This document shows, piece by piece, positions 28,719 through 37,992 of a stretch of DNA of 51,124 nucleotides. The position numbers were made by a program, and so were the translations under genes. The stretch's first letter is position 1, and each line of letters opens with the position of its first letter. The notes beneath the pieces were generated by a model. The model had not been told where the DNA came from, ran no database searches, and saw nothing but the letters and a program-made list of their open reading frames with translations. Location: the NCBI GenBank assembly GCA_040754215.1, contig JBFMDE010000005.1, positions 1-51,124 of the forward strand, given 5' to 3'. Source of the stretch: Chloroflexota bacterium. Its GTDB lineage: Bacteria > Chloroflexota > Dehalococcoidia > JACPPY01.

Positions 28719-28826
28719 AAAACCTTCCCAGAGCTAGGTATGGCCTGATGACTTATCTTCAAGGTGGTTTGGAGCGTTTGGTATCGGTTACTCCCATTCC
28801 CCAGCGGAGGTGTCTTGGAGGAGTTT

Positions 28827-29291
28827 ATGGAAAAGAAGCACTTCTTGACCCGTGAGGCTCTAGATAAACTCCAAATGGAACTCGAGGAACTGCGCTCGGC
28901 AGGCAGGCGCGAGGTGGCGGAGAAGATCAAGCGCGCCAAGGAGATGGGCGGGACAGAAAACAACGCCGAGTACGACTATGCCAAGGAGGAGCAGGCGCTT
29001 CTCGAAGGCAAGATACTCAAGCTCGAGTCCATAATCAACAGCGCGGTAGTCAGGAGCTCACCTCGCTCTTCCGCCACGGTCAAGCTGGGTTCTCAGGTGG
29101 CGGTCCGTGACCAGGATGGGAAAGAAGAGCGTTACATTATCGTTGACCAGGTTGAGGCCAGCCCGCTGGAAGGAAAAATCTCCTGCGACTCGCCTGTTGG
29201 CCGTGCCCTGCTGGGGAAGAAGGCTGGCTCCAGGGTGTCGATACCAGTGCCAGCGGGTACCCTGACGCTCCGCGTGCTCAGGGTCGAGTAG
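28827..29291 (+). CDS. greA: Transcription elongation factor GreA
   Basis: LTREALDKL, ENNAEYDYAKEEQA, ISCDSPVGRALLGK. ATG after GGAGGAG. Confidence 0.93.
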   Translation: MEKKHFLTREALDKLQMELEELRSAGRREVAEKIKRAKEMGGTENNAEYDYAKEEQALLEGKILKLESIINSAVVRSSPRSSATVKLGSQVAVRDQDGKEERYIIVDQVEASPLEGKISCDSPVGRALLGKKAGSRVSIPVPAGTLTLRVLRVE

Positions 29292-29380
29292 CACATCCAG
29301 ACTACAGGACATCTCATCCTGTTCCTCCCTGTGATAGAATAGCGCCGGAAGCGCTTTTGCCATACAACCGCTGGTCTTTG

Positions 29381-30868
29381 ATGTCACGACTGAACGCCGT
29401 CATCCAGCAACGAATCCGGAAACTCGAAGCCATCCGGGCTCAGGGGATAGACCCCTACCCTCCACGCTTTCCGCGCTCGCATAGCAACCAAGAGGCCATC
29501 GCCCTGTTCCAGCAACTGGAACGGGACAGTGCGCTCGAATCTGGTCCCGAGCTGGCGCTTGCCGGGCGCATCACCGCCGCCCGTCACATGGGCAAGCTGT
29601 CCTTCTTAGATATGCGCGACGGCTCGGGTAAGGTCCAGGTGTGTTTCCGCGCCGACCTGGTCGGCCAGCAGGCCTTTGAGTTTGTCAGGGAGCTTGACAT
29701 CGGGGACTTCATCGGAGTCAGAGGCAAACTGTTCCGTACCAGGACGGGTGAGATTACGCTCCAATCCCTCAACTGCACTCTGCTTGCCAAGTCTCTCCAA
29801 CCGCTCCCGGAGAAGTGGCATGGGCTGGAGGATACCGAGAAGAGATACCGCCAGCGCTATCTCGACCTCGTCTCCGCCGAGGAGGTGAGAGCACTGTTCC
29901 TGCTGCGCAGCACAGTGATATCTTCGGTGAGGCGCTTCATGGAGGGTAAGGGCTTCATTGAGGTTGAAACGCCTGTGCTCCAGCCACAGCCTGGCGGGGC
30001 GCTGGCACGCCCCTTCATCACGCACCACCATGCGCTGGACCAGGACCTCTACTTGCGCATTGCGCTGGAGCTATACCTGAAGCGCCTGATAATAGGGGGC
30101 ATGGACAGGGTCTTTGAGCTCGGGCGGGTATTCCGGAACGAGGGCATCTCTACGCGACACAATCCGGAGTTCACCATGATGGAGAGCTACCAGGCCTATG
30201 CCGACTACAATGACGTCATGCTCCTGGTGGAAGAATTGGTGTCGCATGTCGCGACTGAGGTACTGGGGACCACCAGGGTGACCTTCGGCGAACACACCAT
30301 TGACTTCTCACCGCCATGGAAGCGGATTGCCCTGCGGGAGGCCATCGAGCAAGCCTGTGGCATTGATTTTGAGGCCCATCCCGACGCCAGCTCTCTACGC
30401 TGCAGGATGAAGGAGCTTGGCATGCAAGTTGACCCGACAAAGGGCCGAGGTCGCCTGATTGACGAGCTGATATCCATCTATGTCGAGCCAGGACTCGTCC
30501 GGCCAACGTTCCTGGTGGACTATCCCCTGGACATGTCGCCTCTGGCCAAGAAAAAGCCGGGCAGCGATACCCTGGTCGAGCGTTTCGAGGGCTTTGCCGG
30601 GTGCCTGGAGGTAGCCAATGCCTTCACTGAGCTCAATGACCCTCTGGAACAACGGCGACGGTTCGAAAAGCAGTTGAGTGAGAGGAGGGATGACGAGGAG
30701 GTGGCCGAGGTGGCCGATGAGGACTTTCTACTGGCTGTGGAATATGGCATGCCCCCGACCGGCGGCCTGGGCGTAGGCATAGACCGACTGATGATGCTGC
30801 TCGGCAATTGCCAGTCCATTCGTGAGGTCATCCTGTTCCCGCAGTTGAAGGCTAAGGCAGAGCCGTGA
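29381..30868 (+). CDS. lysS: Lysine--tRNA ligase (class II)
   Basis: PLPEKWHGL, RYRQRYLDL, YLRIALELYLKRL, FRNEG, HNPEFT, EYGMPPTGGLGVGIDRL. Confidence 0.97.
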   Translation: MSRLNAVIQQRIRKLEAIRAQGIDPYPPRFPRSHSNQEAIALFQQLERDSALESGPELALAGRITAARHMGKLSFLDMRDGSGKVQVCFRADLVGQQAFEFVRELDIGDFIGVRGKLFRTRTGEITLQSLNCTLLAKSLQPLPEKWHGLEDTEKRYRQRYLDLVSAEEVRALFLLRSTVISSVRRFMEGKGFIEVETPVLQPQPGGALARPFITHHHALDQDLYLRIALELYLKRLIIGGMDRVFELGRVFRNEGISTRHNPEFTMMESYQAYADYNDVMLLVEELVSHVATEVLGTTRVTFGEHTIDFSPPWKRIALREAIEQACGIDFEAHPDASSLRCRMKELGMQVDPTKGRGRLIDELISIYVEPGLVRPTFLVDYPLDMSPLAKKKPGSDTLVERFEGFAGCLEVANAFTELNDPLEQRRRFEKQLSERRDDEEVAEVADEDFLLAVEYGMPPTGGLGVGIDRLMMLLGNCQSIREVILFPQLKAKAEP

Positions 30869-32157
30869 TAGATGTGAAGTTGGTCCGTGAAACCCCCGAT
30901 GTCCTCAGACAGGCGCTTGAGAAGCGCGGTGAAAAGGCCGCGATAGTGGACGATATCCTTTCGCTAGACCAGCAGCGCCGCAAGCTGCTCCAGGTGGTGG
31001 AAGGACAGAGGGCTGAGCAGCGGAGGTTGAGCAAGGAGATAGGCAAGCTACAGCAGCAGGAGCAGAAGGCCCCACAGCTAGAGTCCGAGATGCAGGGCAT
31101 GATCGCAAAGATGAGGCTATTATCGGACGAGGTGGCCAGCGACGAACGCGAGCTGACGGCACTGGAGGAGAAACTGCGTCCCCTTCTTCTGGAGGTGCCC
31201 AACATTCCCGACCCCGCTGTGCTGGCGGGGCACTCCTCCGAGGACAATATCGTCGTCCGTGCCTGGGGCAGGCCGCAGGAGTTCCCCTTTACGCCCAGGC
31301 CGCACTGGGAACTCGGCGAGAAGCTGGGCATCATTGACTTCGAGCGCGGAGTGAAGCTCTCCGGGACCCGGTTCTATGTCCTGAAGGGTCTGGGCGCGCG
31401 CCTGGAGCGTTCGCTCATCAGCTTCATGATAGACCTGCACGTCAGGGAACACGGCTACACTGAGGTGTACACGCCGTTCATGGTAAAAAAGGAATGTCTC
31501 TTCGCCTCCGGCAACCTGCCCAAGTTCGGCGACAATCTATACCATGACGCCGAAGAGGACTTCTGGTGGGTGCCCACTGCGGAGGTTCCGCTGACCAACC
31601 TGCACCGGGACGAGATACTCGAGCCGGGCACGCTGCCGCTCCACTATGTCGCCTATACCCCTTGCTTCCGGCGGGAGAAGGCGGCTGCGGGGAAGGAGAC
31701 TCGCGGGCTCAAGCGCGGACACCAGTTCGACAAGGTCGAGATGTATATCTTTGCTGAGCCGGAGTACTCTAACCAAGAACTGGAGAACATGATAGCTGCA
31801 GCGGAGGACATATGCCGCAAGCTGGAGCTATCCTACCGCGTCGTCCAGTTGTGCACCGGGGACCTCGGCTTTGCCTCGGCCAAGACATATGACCTGGAGG
31901 TATGGGCGCCCGGCTGTGCGGAGTGGCTGGAGGTCAGCTCCTGCAGCAACTGCACCGATTTTCAGGCCCGGCGGGCAAACATCCGCTACCGGCCAGGGCC
32001 TGGAGCCAAGCCCAACCTCGTCCATACTCTGAATGGGTCGGGCCTGGCGCTGCCCCGGATCGTCATCGCCCTGCTGGAGAACCGCCAGCGGGAGGACGGC
32101 ACCATCTCGGTCCCATGTGCTCTGCAACCGTACCTGGGAACGGACGTTATCGCGTAG
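30865..32157 (+). CDS. serS: Serine--tRNA ligase
   Basis: N-terminal coiled coil, PTAEVPL, CFRRE, RGHQFDKVE, EVSSCSNC, HTLNGSGLA. Confidence 0.97.
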   Translation: MIDVKLVRETPDVLRQALEKRGEKAAIVDDILSLDQQRRKLLQVVEGQRAEQRRLSKEIGKLQQQEQKAPQLESEMQGMIAKMRLLSDEVASDERELTALEEKLRPLLLEVPNIPDPAVLAGHSSEDNIVVRAWGRPQEFPFTPRPHWELGEKLGIIDFERGVKLSGTRFYVLKGLGARLERSLISFMIDLHVREHGYTEVYTPFMVKKECLFASGNLPKFGDNLYHDAEEDFWWVPTAEVPLTNLHRDEILEPGTLPLHYVAYTPCFRREKAAAGKETRGLKRGHQFDKVEMYIFAEPEYSNQELENMIAAAEDICRKLELSYRVVQLCTGDLGFASAKTYDLEVWAPGCAEWLEVSSCSNCTDFQARRANIRYRPGPGAKPNLVHTLNGSGLALPRIVIALLENRQREDGTISVPCALQPYLGTDVIA

Positions 32158-32167
32158 GCTGCGAGTT

Positions 32168-32842
32168 TCAGGGGTTGTTACCCGCTGCAATCTGGCCTGA
32201 CTTCATCAGCGCCGCAATCTGTACCGCCCGTTTCGCCAGGCGGCGCGCGCCTTCGACGCCGTATGTGTCCTGGAGTACCGCCTTCTTCTCCGCGGACCTG
32301 AATCTGCCTTCTCCATGCTCGCTGCTCAGTCCCACGGCGCCGAAGAGGGAGCCGAATCCGTGTGGTGGGCCCACTGCTATCATTTCGAATCCTAGGAAGA
32401 AGTAGAAGAGGCTCTGTGCCGTGGTCTCTGCGCCGCCGTTGCGTAGCCAGGCCACTGCGAAGGCGGCCCCCACCTTGTTGTGCAGCTTACGCCCGTACAC
32501 ATTGCCGAAGACGAATACCCTGAGACGGTCTATGAAACAGGCCATGCGGCCGGACAGCCTTCCCATGTAGGCAGGTGCAGCCAGGAACAGGGCGTCTGCG
32601 GCCATGACCTTGGGGTACAGTCCAACCATATCGTCTTTCTGGGAGCAGAACCTGCCCTCCTCCTGCTTGCGCAGGCAGAAGTTGCAGTGGATGCAGTCCT
32701 TGATGTCCTTCTTGGCCAGGCTCACCAGCTCGGCGGTTACACCGGGAATCTCCAGTGCGGCTTTGAGAGCCTCGTTCAAGAACGCCTCCGTGTTACCGCC
32801 CACCACCGGACTTCCGCATATGCCCAGGACATGCATGTTCAA
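32168..32842 (-). CDS. Iron-sulfur flavoprotein / flavodoxin-family protein
   Basis: GICGSP...GNTE FMN loop, CIHCNFC...C cluster motif followed by KDDM, APAYMG. TTG start after GGAGG. Confidence 0.88.
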   Translation of the reverse strand: MNMHVLGICGSPVVGGNTEAFLNEALKAALEIPGVTAELVSLAKKDIKDCIHCNFCLRKQEEGRFCSQKDDMVGLYPKVMAADALFLAAPAYMGRLSGRMACFIDRLRVFVFGNVYGRKLHNKVGAAFAVAWLRNGGAETTAQSLFYFFLGFEMIAVGPPHGFGSLFGAVGLSSEHGEGRFRSAEKKAVLQDTYGVEGARRLAKRAVQIAALMKSGQIAAGNNP

Positions 32843-33055
32843 GATGCCACCTCCTGTCCCCTATGCTACTGCCGGACTGGTGCGTGGTCAAGGTAAGCTA
32901 CGGAATGCCGGGGCCTGCTATTGTTGTTTGGGACCATCCTTTAGCTTTGTGGGTTCCCTCTGAACGGCCTGGGTTTGCGCTGAGGTTGGATTCATGTTAT
33001 CTTTATCCCTCAGTCTGAGAAGTACCTGTGCTAGGGCAAGGAGAGTTCTGTATAG

Positions 33056-34288
33056 ATGCCGAAGATACACTTTATTGATGTGACCAATCGCGATACGGTG
33101 CAGGCTTCGCGGATCAAGCTGGCCAAGTTGCAGAAGACCATGGTCAATGTCTACCTCTCCAAAATGGGCGTCTACCAGTCTGAGTTTGCCTTCCCCTGTA
33201 CGCGACATGAGCAGAACTACGTCCGTGCCAACCTCATGCTCCGTGAAGAAGGGGCCATGGGTTCGATGGTGCTTGAGGGTTGGTGCCGGGCTATAGTTGA
33301 AGATGTTTCCAGAGCGGTGCGCACTGGAGTTAAGGACCTCAACATTTCCATCTCCACCTCGGATCAGATGATTAAGCACAAGTTCCGTGGCAGGCTGGAC
33401 CGGGAGAAGATAATCCAGGAGATGACGGAGGCGGTGGCCTATGCAAAGACTCACGGTGTGGATACCGTAGGGGTCAACGCCGAGGATGCCTCGCGCACAG
33501 ACCTGGGTTATCTGGTGGAGTTCGCTCAGGCGGCCAGGGAGGCCGGAGCCAACAGGGTGCGGTACTGCGACACCCTTGGTCACGATAATCCCGAGAGCAT
33601 ATACCAGCGGATTAAGATGATGGCCGAGAAGGCCAAGATACCTGTCGAGCAGCACTGTCACAACGACCTGGGGATGGCGGTGGCGAACTCGGTCATGGGA
33701 GCCAGGGGCGCGCTGGACGCTGGCGTTGACGCTTACATCAATACCTCGGTGAATGGACTGGGGGAGCGGGCGGGGCAGGCCGACCTGCTCAGTTGCATCC
33801 TGGCATTCAAGTTCGGGCGCGACCTGTCCGAGTACGAGATAGGGGACCCCATAGACCTCTCCATGACCTACAGACTGGCCAACTACGTGTCCTATAGCTT
33901 CGGCGTGCCGATACCCATCAACCAGCCAGGCGTGGGAGCGAATGCCTTTGCGCACGAGGCTGGCATTCATGCCGATGGCGCGCTGAAGGACAGGCGCAAC
34001 TATGAGCTGTATGACTGCGAGTTGCTGGGTATGAACGAGCAAGCATTCATCATGACCGGCATAGCCGGTCGCGTGATCACTACCGGGGAGTACGGGGGGC
34101 TGGCTGGCTTCAGGCATGTGTATTCCAGGCTGGGCATTGACTTCCCCGACGACAAGGAAGCCGACCGTATTCTGGAGCTGGTGAGGTATGCCAATGCTCA
34201 CACGCAGAGGCCACTCACCGATGATGAGCTGAGGCTCATTGCCACCTATCCCGAGGCAGTCCGTCTCATCCTCACTATGACACCGTAG
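33056..34288 (+). CDS. DRE-TIM acyltransferase, probable Re-citrate synthase (homocitrate synthase family)
   Basis: DVTNRD, NAEDASR, YCDTLG, HCHNDLGMAVAN, GLGERAG, AFAHEAGIHADG. No LeuA regulatory domain. Confidence 0.75.
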   Translation: MPKIHFIDVTNRDTVQASRIKLAKLQKTMVNVYLSKMGVYQSEFAFPCTRHEQNYVRANLMLREEGAMGSMVLEGWCRAIVEDVSRAVRTGVKDLNISISTSDQMIKHKFRGRLDREKIIQEMTEAVAYAKTHGVDTVGVNAEDASRTDLGYLVEFAQAAREAGANRVRYCDTLGHDNPESIYQRIKMMAEKAKIPVEQHCHNDLGMAVANSVMGARGALDAGVDAYINTSVNGLGERAGQADLLSCILAFKFGRDLSEYEIGDPIDLSMTYRLANYVSYSFGVPIPINQPGVGANAFAHEAGIHADGALKDRRNYELYDCELLGMNEQAFIMTGIAGRVITTGEYGGLAGFRHVYSRLGIDFPDDKEADRILELVRYANAHTQRPLTDDELRLIATYPEAVRLILTMTP

Positions 34289-34392
34289 GCGGGGCAGTCC
34301 CTCAACTTGTCCGGAGGTTATGGTGGCCTCCTTGACTCGCTAGCCTGTGCAACACGTGCCGTTACCTCCTCGGCCCGGCAAAGGAGGTTGCT

Positions 34393-34854
34393 GTGAACAG
34401 AAACATCCCTGGAATGTTGCTCAGCCCTATAGGCGTGGTCAGGAATGAGGCCAGGACGCTCGGAGACCGGGTCTGGGAGGACGTGGTGTCTGGCCTGGTC
34501 ATCAGAGATGAGTTCGCCAGAGGCCTGAAGGGCATTGGTTCCTTCTCGCACCTGATGGTCCTCTACTGGATGCACCTGCTGGAGCCCGGAGGCCGTTCGG
34601 TGCTCGAGGTCCATCCACGCCGCAAGAGGGAGCTTCCGCTCGTAGGGGTGTTCGCCACCCGCTCCCCGGTCAGGCCCAATCCCGTGGGCGTGACCGTGGT
34701 GCGCCTGTTGAAGCAGGAGGGGAATGTGCTCACGGTCAAGGGCCTGGACGCCGTTGACGGCACCCCGGTGATAGACATAAAGCCTTATCTTCCTGCTGGC
34801 GACTGCGTGAAGGATGCCACAGTTGCTCCCTGGGTTGCACTGGCGCAGGGGTGA
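34393..34854 (+). CDS. tsaA: tRNA m6t6A37 methyltransferase TrmO/TsaA
   Basis: PIGVVR, GVFATRSPVRPNPVG, GLDAVDGTPVIDIKPY. Confidence 0.9.
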   Translation: MNRNIPGMLLSPIGVVRNEARTLGDRVWEDVVSGLVIRDEFARGLKGIGSFSHLMVLYWMHLLEPGGRSVLEVHPRRKRELPLVGVFATRSPVRPNPVGVTVVRLLKQEGNVLTVKGLDAVDGTPVIDIKPYLPAGDCVKDATVAPWVALAQG

Positions 34855-36707
34855 GCCGGTCGTCGAGGCCTGATGAGATGGCGGAGCAAGGGCAACGGCT
34901 GAGAGTGGAGATATCCGCCCTGACGCTCGAAGGCGACGGCCTGGCGCTCCGGGATGGCGATGAGGTACGCGTTGGCGGTGTCGTACCGGGGGAGGTAGTG
35001 CTGGTGGAGGTGGTGCGCAGGCGGAGGCGGTACCTTTATGCCCGGTTGGTGGAGCTCGTTGCGGCGTCATCTCGGCGGATAGAGCCAGCGTGTCCCTACT
35101 TCGGCCTCTGCACTGGCTGCCAGTGGCAGCATATGGACTATGCCTGCCAACTGGAACTCAAGGCCGACCATGTCCGGAATTGTTTTCGGGGTGCTGGTAT
35201 GGAGGATGTGCCGGTTAGGTCGGTATTGGGTATGGCTGACCCCTGGCACTACCGCAACCACGCTCGCTTCACCGTTGACCGACAGGGCAGGGTGGGCTTC
35301 GTGCACCGTGAGACCCGCCGTTTCGTCCCTGTGGACCGCTGTCGCATCATGCACCCGTGGATAAACGAGGCACTCTCGCTGCTCCAGGGGAAGTGCGCGG
35401 GGCAGACGCAGCTCTCGGTCCGCTATGGGGTGAACACCGGACAGTGGCTGATACAGCCCAGGTTGGAGATCCCGGGCTTTCCGCTGGCTACCGGGCAGCG
35501 CTACTACGAAGAGAGGCTCCTGGGGCACAGCTTTCGTATCTCTTCGCCATCTTTCTTCCAGGTGAACCTGAGTCAGGCGGAAAGGCTGGTCTCCGTCCTG
35601 TTGAGGTACCTGGAGCCGAGGTGGACTGAGGCCCTGATGGACGCCTATGCCGGTGTGGGTACCTTCGCGGTCCTTTTCTCGGCTCACGTGGCGAAAGCGA
35701 TAGCGGTGGAGGAATCGGCGGCGGCGATAAGGGACGCAAGGGTGAACGTGAGCATGTTGCCCAACATCGAGCTGGTGCAGGCCAGGGTGGAGGCTGTACT
35801 TGGCTCGATACCTGTGGTGCCGGACATGGTGGTATTGGACCCGCCTCGCGCCGGGTGCCATCCCGATGCCCTGGCGGCGCTGGCGCGCCGCGCTCCGCAG
35901 AGGGTGGTATATGTGTCGTGCGAGCCTGCGTCATTGTCTCGCGATGTGGCCACGCTGTGCCGTAGCGGGTATCGCCTGGTCGAGGTCCAGCCCGTTGACA
36001 TGTTCCCGCAGACGAGGCAGGTGGAGTGCGTGGCGTTGCTGGAGAAGGACCAGAGGGCCCGAGGGTCGCCCGAACCCCGTTTACTTCTGGCCTCGGCCTC
36101 TCCCCGGCGGGTGGAGCTTCTCTCTTGCCTGGGCCTTCAGTTTGATATGGTCCAGCCTCATGTTGATGAATCCGGCATGCTTGTTGGTGGTGGGAGCCCA
36201 CAGCAGAAAGCGGAGCGTTCGGCCCTGGCCAAGGCGGGATGGGCCTCCGAGTGCAGGCTGGGCGAGGTGATTATTGCCGCCGATACCATCGTGGTTGATG
36301 GTGAACGCATCCTGGGCAAGCCTGCTGGTGCCTCTGAGGCGGTGGAGATGCTGCGGCGTCTGCATGCCGGGACACATGAGGTCGTGACCGGCCTGGCGGT
36401 CGTGTCATCAGGTAAGGTGCCGGTGGCGTCGCATGTGACGACGAAGGTCATCATGCGCCCCTACTCGGATGCGGAGATAGAGGCCTATGTGGCATCGGGG
36501 GCCTACGCCGACAAGGCGGGCTCCTATGGGATACAGGACGTCCCCTTTTCTCCGACGGCAGCGGTGGAAGGTTGCTACCTGAACGTGGTGGGGCTGCCTC
36601 TGTGCGAGCTCAAGGCGCTGCTCGGGAGGGTCGGAGTCAGAGTACCAGAGGGATTTGGAAGCAGGTTGCCCTCAGTGTGTCAGTCGTGCCGGTGGCGGAC
36701 TGCTTGA
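34851..36707 (+). CDS. Fusion of RlmD/TrmA-family m5U RNA methyltransferase and Maf nucleoside triphosphate pyrophosphatase
   Basis: TRAM domain, CPYFGLCTGC, FFQVN, DAYAGVG, DPPRAG, YVSC, DMFPQT. Then in frame, from about 36078: LASASPRR, AADT, GKP, DKAGSYGIQ, NVVGLP. Confidence 0.88.
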   Translation: MSRSSRPDEMAEQGQRLRVEISALTLEGDGLALRDGDEVRVGGVVPGEVVLVEVVRRRRRYLYARLVELVAASSRRIEPACPYFGLCTGCQWQHMDYACQLELKADHVRNCFRGAGMEDVPVRSVLGMADPWHYRNHARFTVDRQGRVGFVHRETRRFVPVDRCRIMHPWINEALSLLQGKCAGQTQLSVRYGVNTGQWLIQPRLEIPGFPLATGQRYYEERLLGHSFRISSPSFFQVNLSQAERLVSVLLRYLEPRWTEALMDAYAGVGTFAVLFSAHVAKAIAVEESAAAIRDARVNVSMLPNIELVQARVEAVLGSIPVVPDMVVLDPPRAGCHPDALAALARRAPQRVVYVSCEPASLSRDVATLCRSGYRLVEVQPVDMFPQTRQVECVALLEKDQRARGSPEPRLLLASASPRRVELLSCLGLQFDMVQPHVDESGMLVGGGSPQQKAERSALAKAGWASECRLGEVIIAADTIVVDGERILGKPAGASEAVEMLRRLHAGTHEVVTGLAVVSSGKVPVASHVTTKVIMRPYSDAEIEAYVASGAYADKAGSYGIQDVPFSPTAAVEGCYLNVVGLPLCELKALLGRVGVRVPEGFGSRLPSVCQSCRWRTA

Positions 36708-36711
36708 GGCT

Positions 36712-37857
36712 CTAGCTGCACTGCTGGATAGCCTGAAAGTGCTTGCCTTCGGTCTTTATCGCCGGCGCGATGACCATTTGTGCCTTGTGCATGTCCTTGA
36801 TGCTGAAGGCTCCGCAAACACCCATGCATGTGCGCAGGGCGCCGATAAGGTTCTCAGTGCCGTCGGTGACTGAGGTCGGGCCAAAGAGGAGCTGCTGCAG
36901 CGGGCTCTTGGTTCCGACCTTTATCCGTGTCCCCCGTGGCAGGGCGGGGTGTGGGTGGGACATGCCCCAGTGGTAACCCTTGCCTGGTGCCTGCGCCGCC
37001 TGTGCGAAGATAGAGCCCAGCATCACGGCGTCCGCACCGGCGGCAAAGGCCTTGCAGATGTCGCCGCCATTGCGGAAGCCGCCGTCGGTGATCACGGCGA
37101 CGTACCTTCCACTCTCCCGGAAGTAGGTCTCGCGGGCTGCGGCACAGTCCATGGTGGCGGTTATCTGGGGTACGCCGACCCCCAGGACCTCCCTGCTGGT
37201 GCAGGCCGCTCCCGGGCCCACGCCTACAAGGATGCCTGCTATGCCGGTCTGCATCAGCTCCAGGGCCGCTTCGTAGCCGACACAGTTGCCTACGATGATA
37301 GGTATGCGCAGGGCCTGCTGTAGCTCCGAGAACACCAGGCCTCTGTAGCTCTTTGAGGTATGTCTGGCGGTGGTGACCGTGGACTGGACCACCAGGATAT
37401 CGGCCCCTGCTTCAACAGCCAGCGTGGAGAGACGCTTGGTGTTGGCCGGCGTCAGCGAGACAGCGCAGCGTGCCCCGGCACCCTTGATGGCTCTGATTCG
37501 CTCTCCGATCAGGCTCTCTTTTATCGGCTCGGAATATGTCTTCTGTAGTAATGCAGTGACCTTGTCGGGCGGGGCCTGAATGACATGCTCGAGGACTGCC
37601 TGCGGGTTCGTGTAGCGCGTTTGCACCCCTTCTAGGTTGAGCACCGCCAGTCCGCCGAGCTTGTGGAAAAGGATGGCGAAGGCCGGGTCAACTACGGCAT
37701 CCATCGCTGCGGCCAGAACAGGCAGTGGGAACGTGAGGTCACCGACCTTCAGCTGTATGTCGGTCTGGTCGGGATTGATGGTGATGTTTCCAGGGACTAT
37801 GGCTACCTCGTCAAAGCCATAGGCACGGCGGAGCTCCCGATAGGGAATGACGGTCAT
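36712..37857 (-). CDS. GuaB3-family IMP dehydrogenase-related protein
   Basis: RRAYGFDEVAIVP, AAMDAVV, LNLEGVQTRY, GVGPGAACTSREVLG, HWGM, LPRGTRI. Confidence 0.9.
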   Translation of the reverse strand: MTVIPYRELRRAYGFDEVAIVPGNITINPDQTDIQLKVGDLTFPLPVLAAAMDAVVDPAFAILFHKLGGLAVLNLEGVQTRYTNPQAVLEHVIQAPPDKVTALLQKTYSEPIKESLIGERIRAIKGAGARCAVSLTPANTKRLSTLAVEAGADILVVQSTVTTARHTSKSYRGLVFSELQQALRIPIIVGNCVGYEAALELMQTGIAGILVGVGPGAACTSREVLGVGVPQITATMDCAAARETYFRESGRYVAVITDGGFRNGGDICKAFAAGADAVMLGSIFAQAAQAPGKGYHWGMSHPHPALPRGTRIKVGTKSPLQQLLFGPTSVTDGTENLIGALRTCMGVCGAFSIKDMHKAQMVIAPAIKTEGKHFQAIQQCS

Positions 37858-37886
37858 TTACTTTCTCCAAGGGGTTATTGGAGAGG

Positions 37887-37915
37887 AATATAGCAGAGAG
37901 GTGCATGACAGTCAA
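37887..37915 (-). promoter_or_regulatory. Sigma70 promoter for the GuaB3 gene
   Basis: TTGACT-17 nt-TATATT with an extended TG. Confidence 0.65.
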
Positions 37916-37992
37916 GGGAGGGCATATGCGACGGGCATGGTCTCAGCGATTTCCAATAGGTGAGGATGATACATTATAATGGATGCCTTCAC

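Noticed and set aside
29292-29380. T-box leaders upstream of lysS, serS, metG or cysS
   Set aside because: The intergenic spaces are too short and no T-box consensus (GGTGGnACCGCG) was seen.
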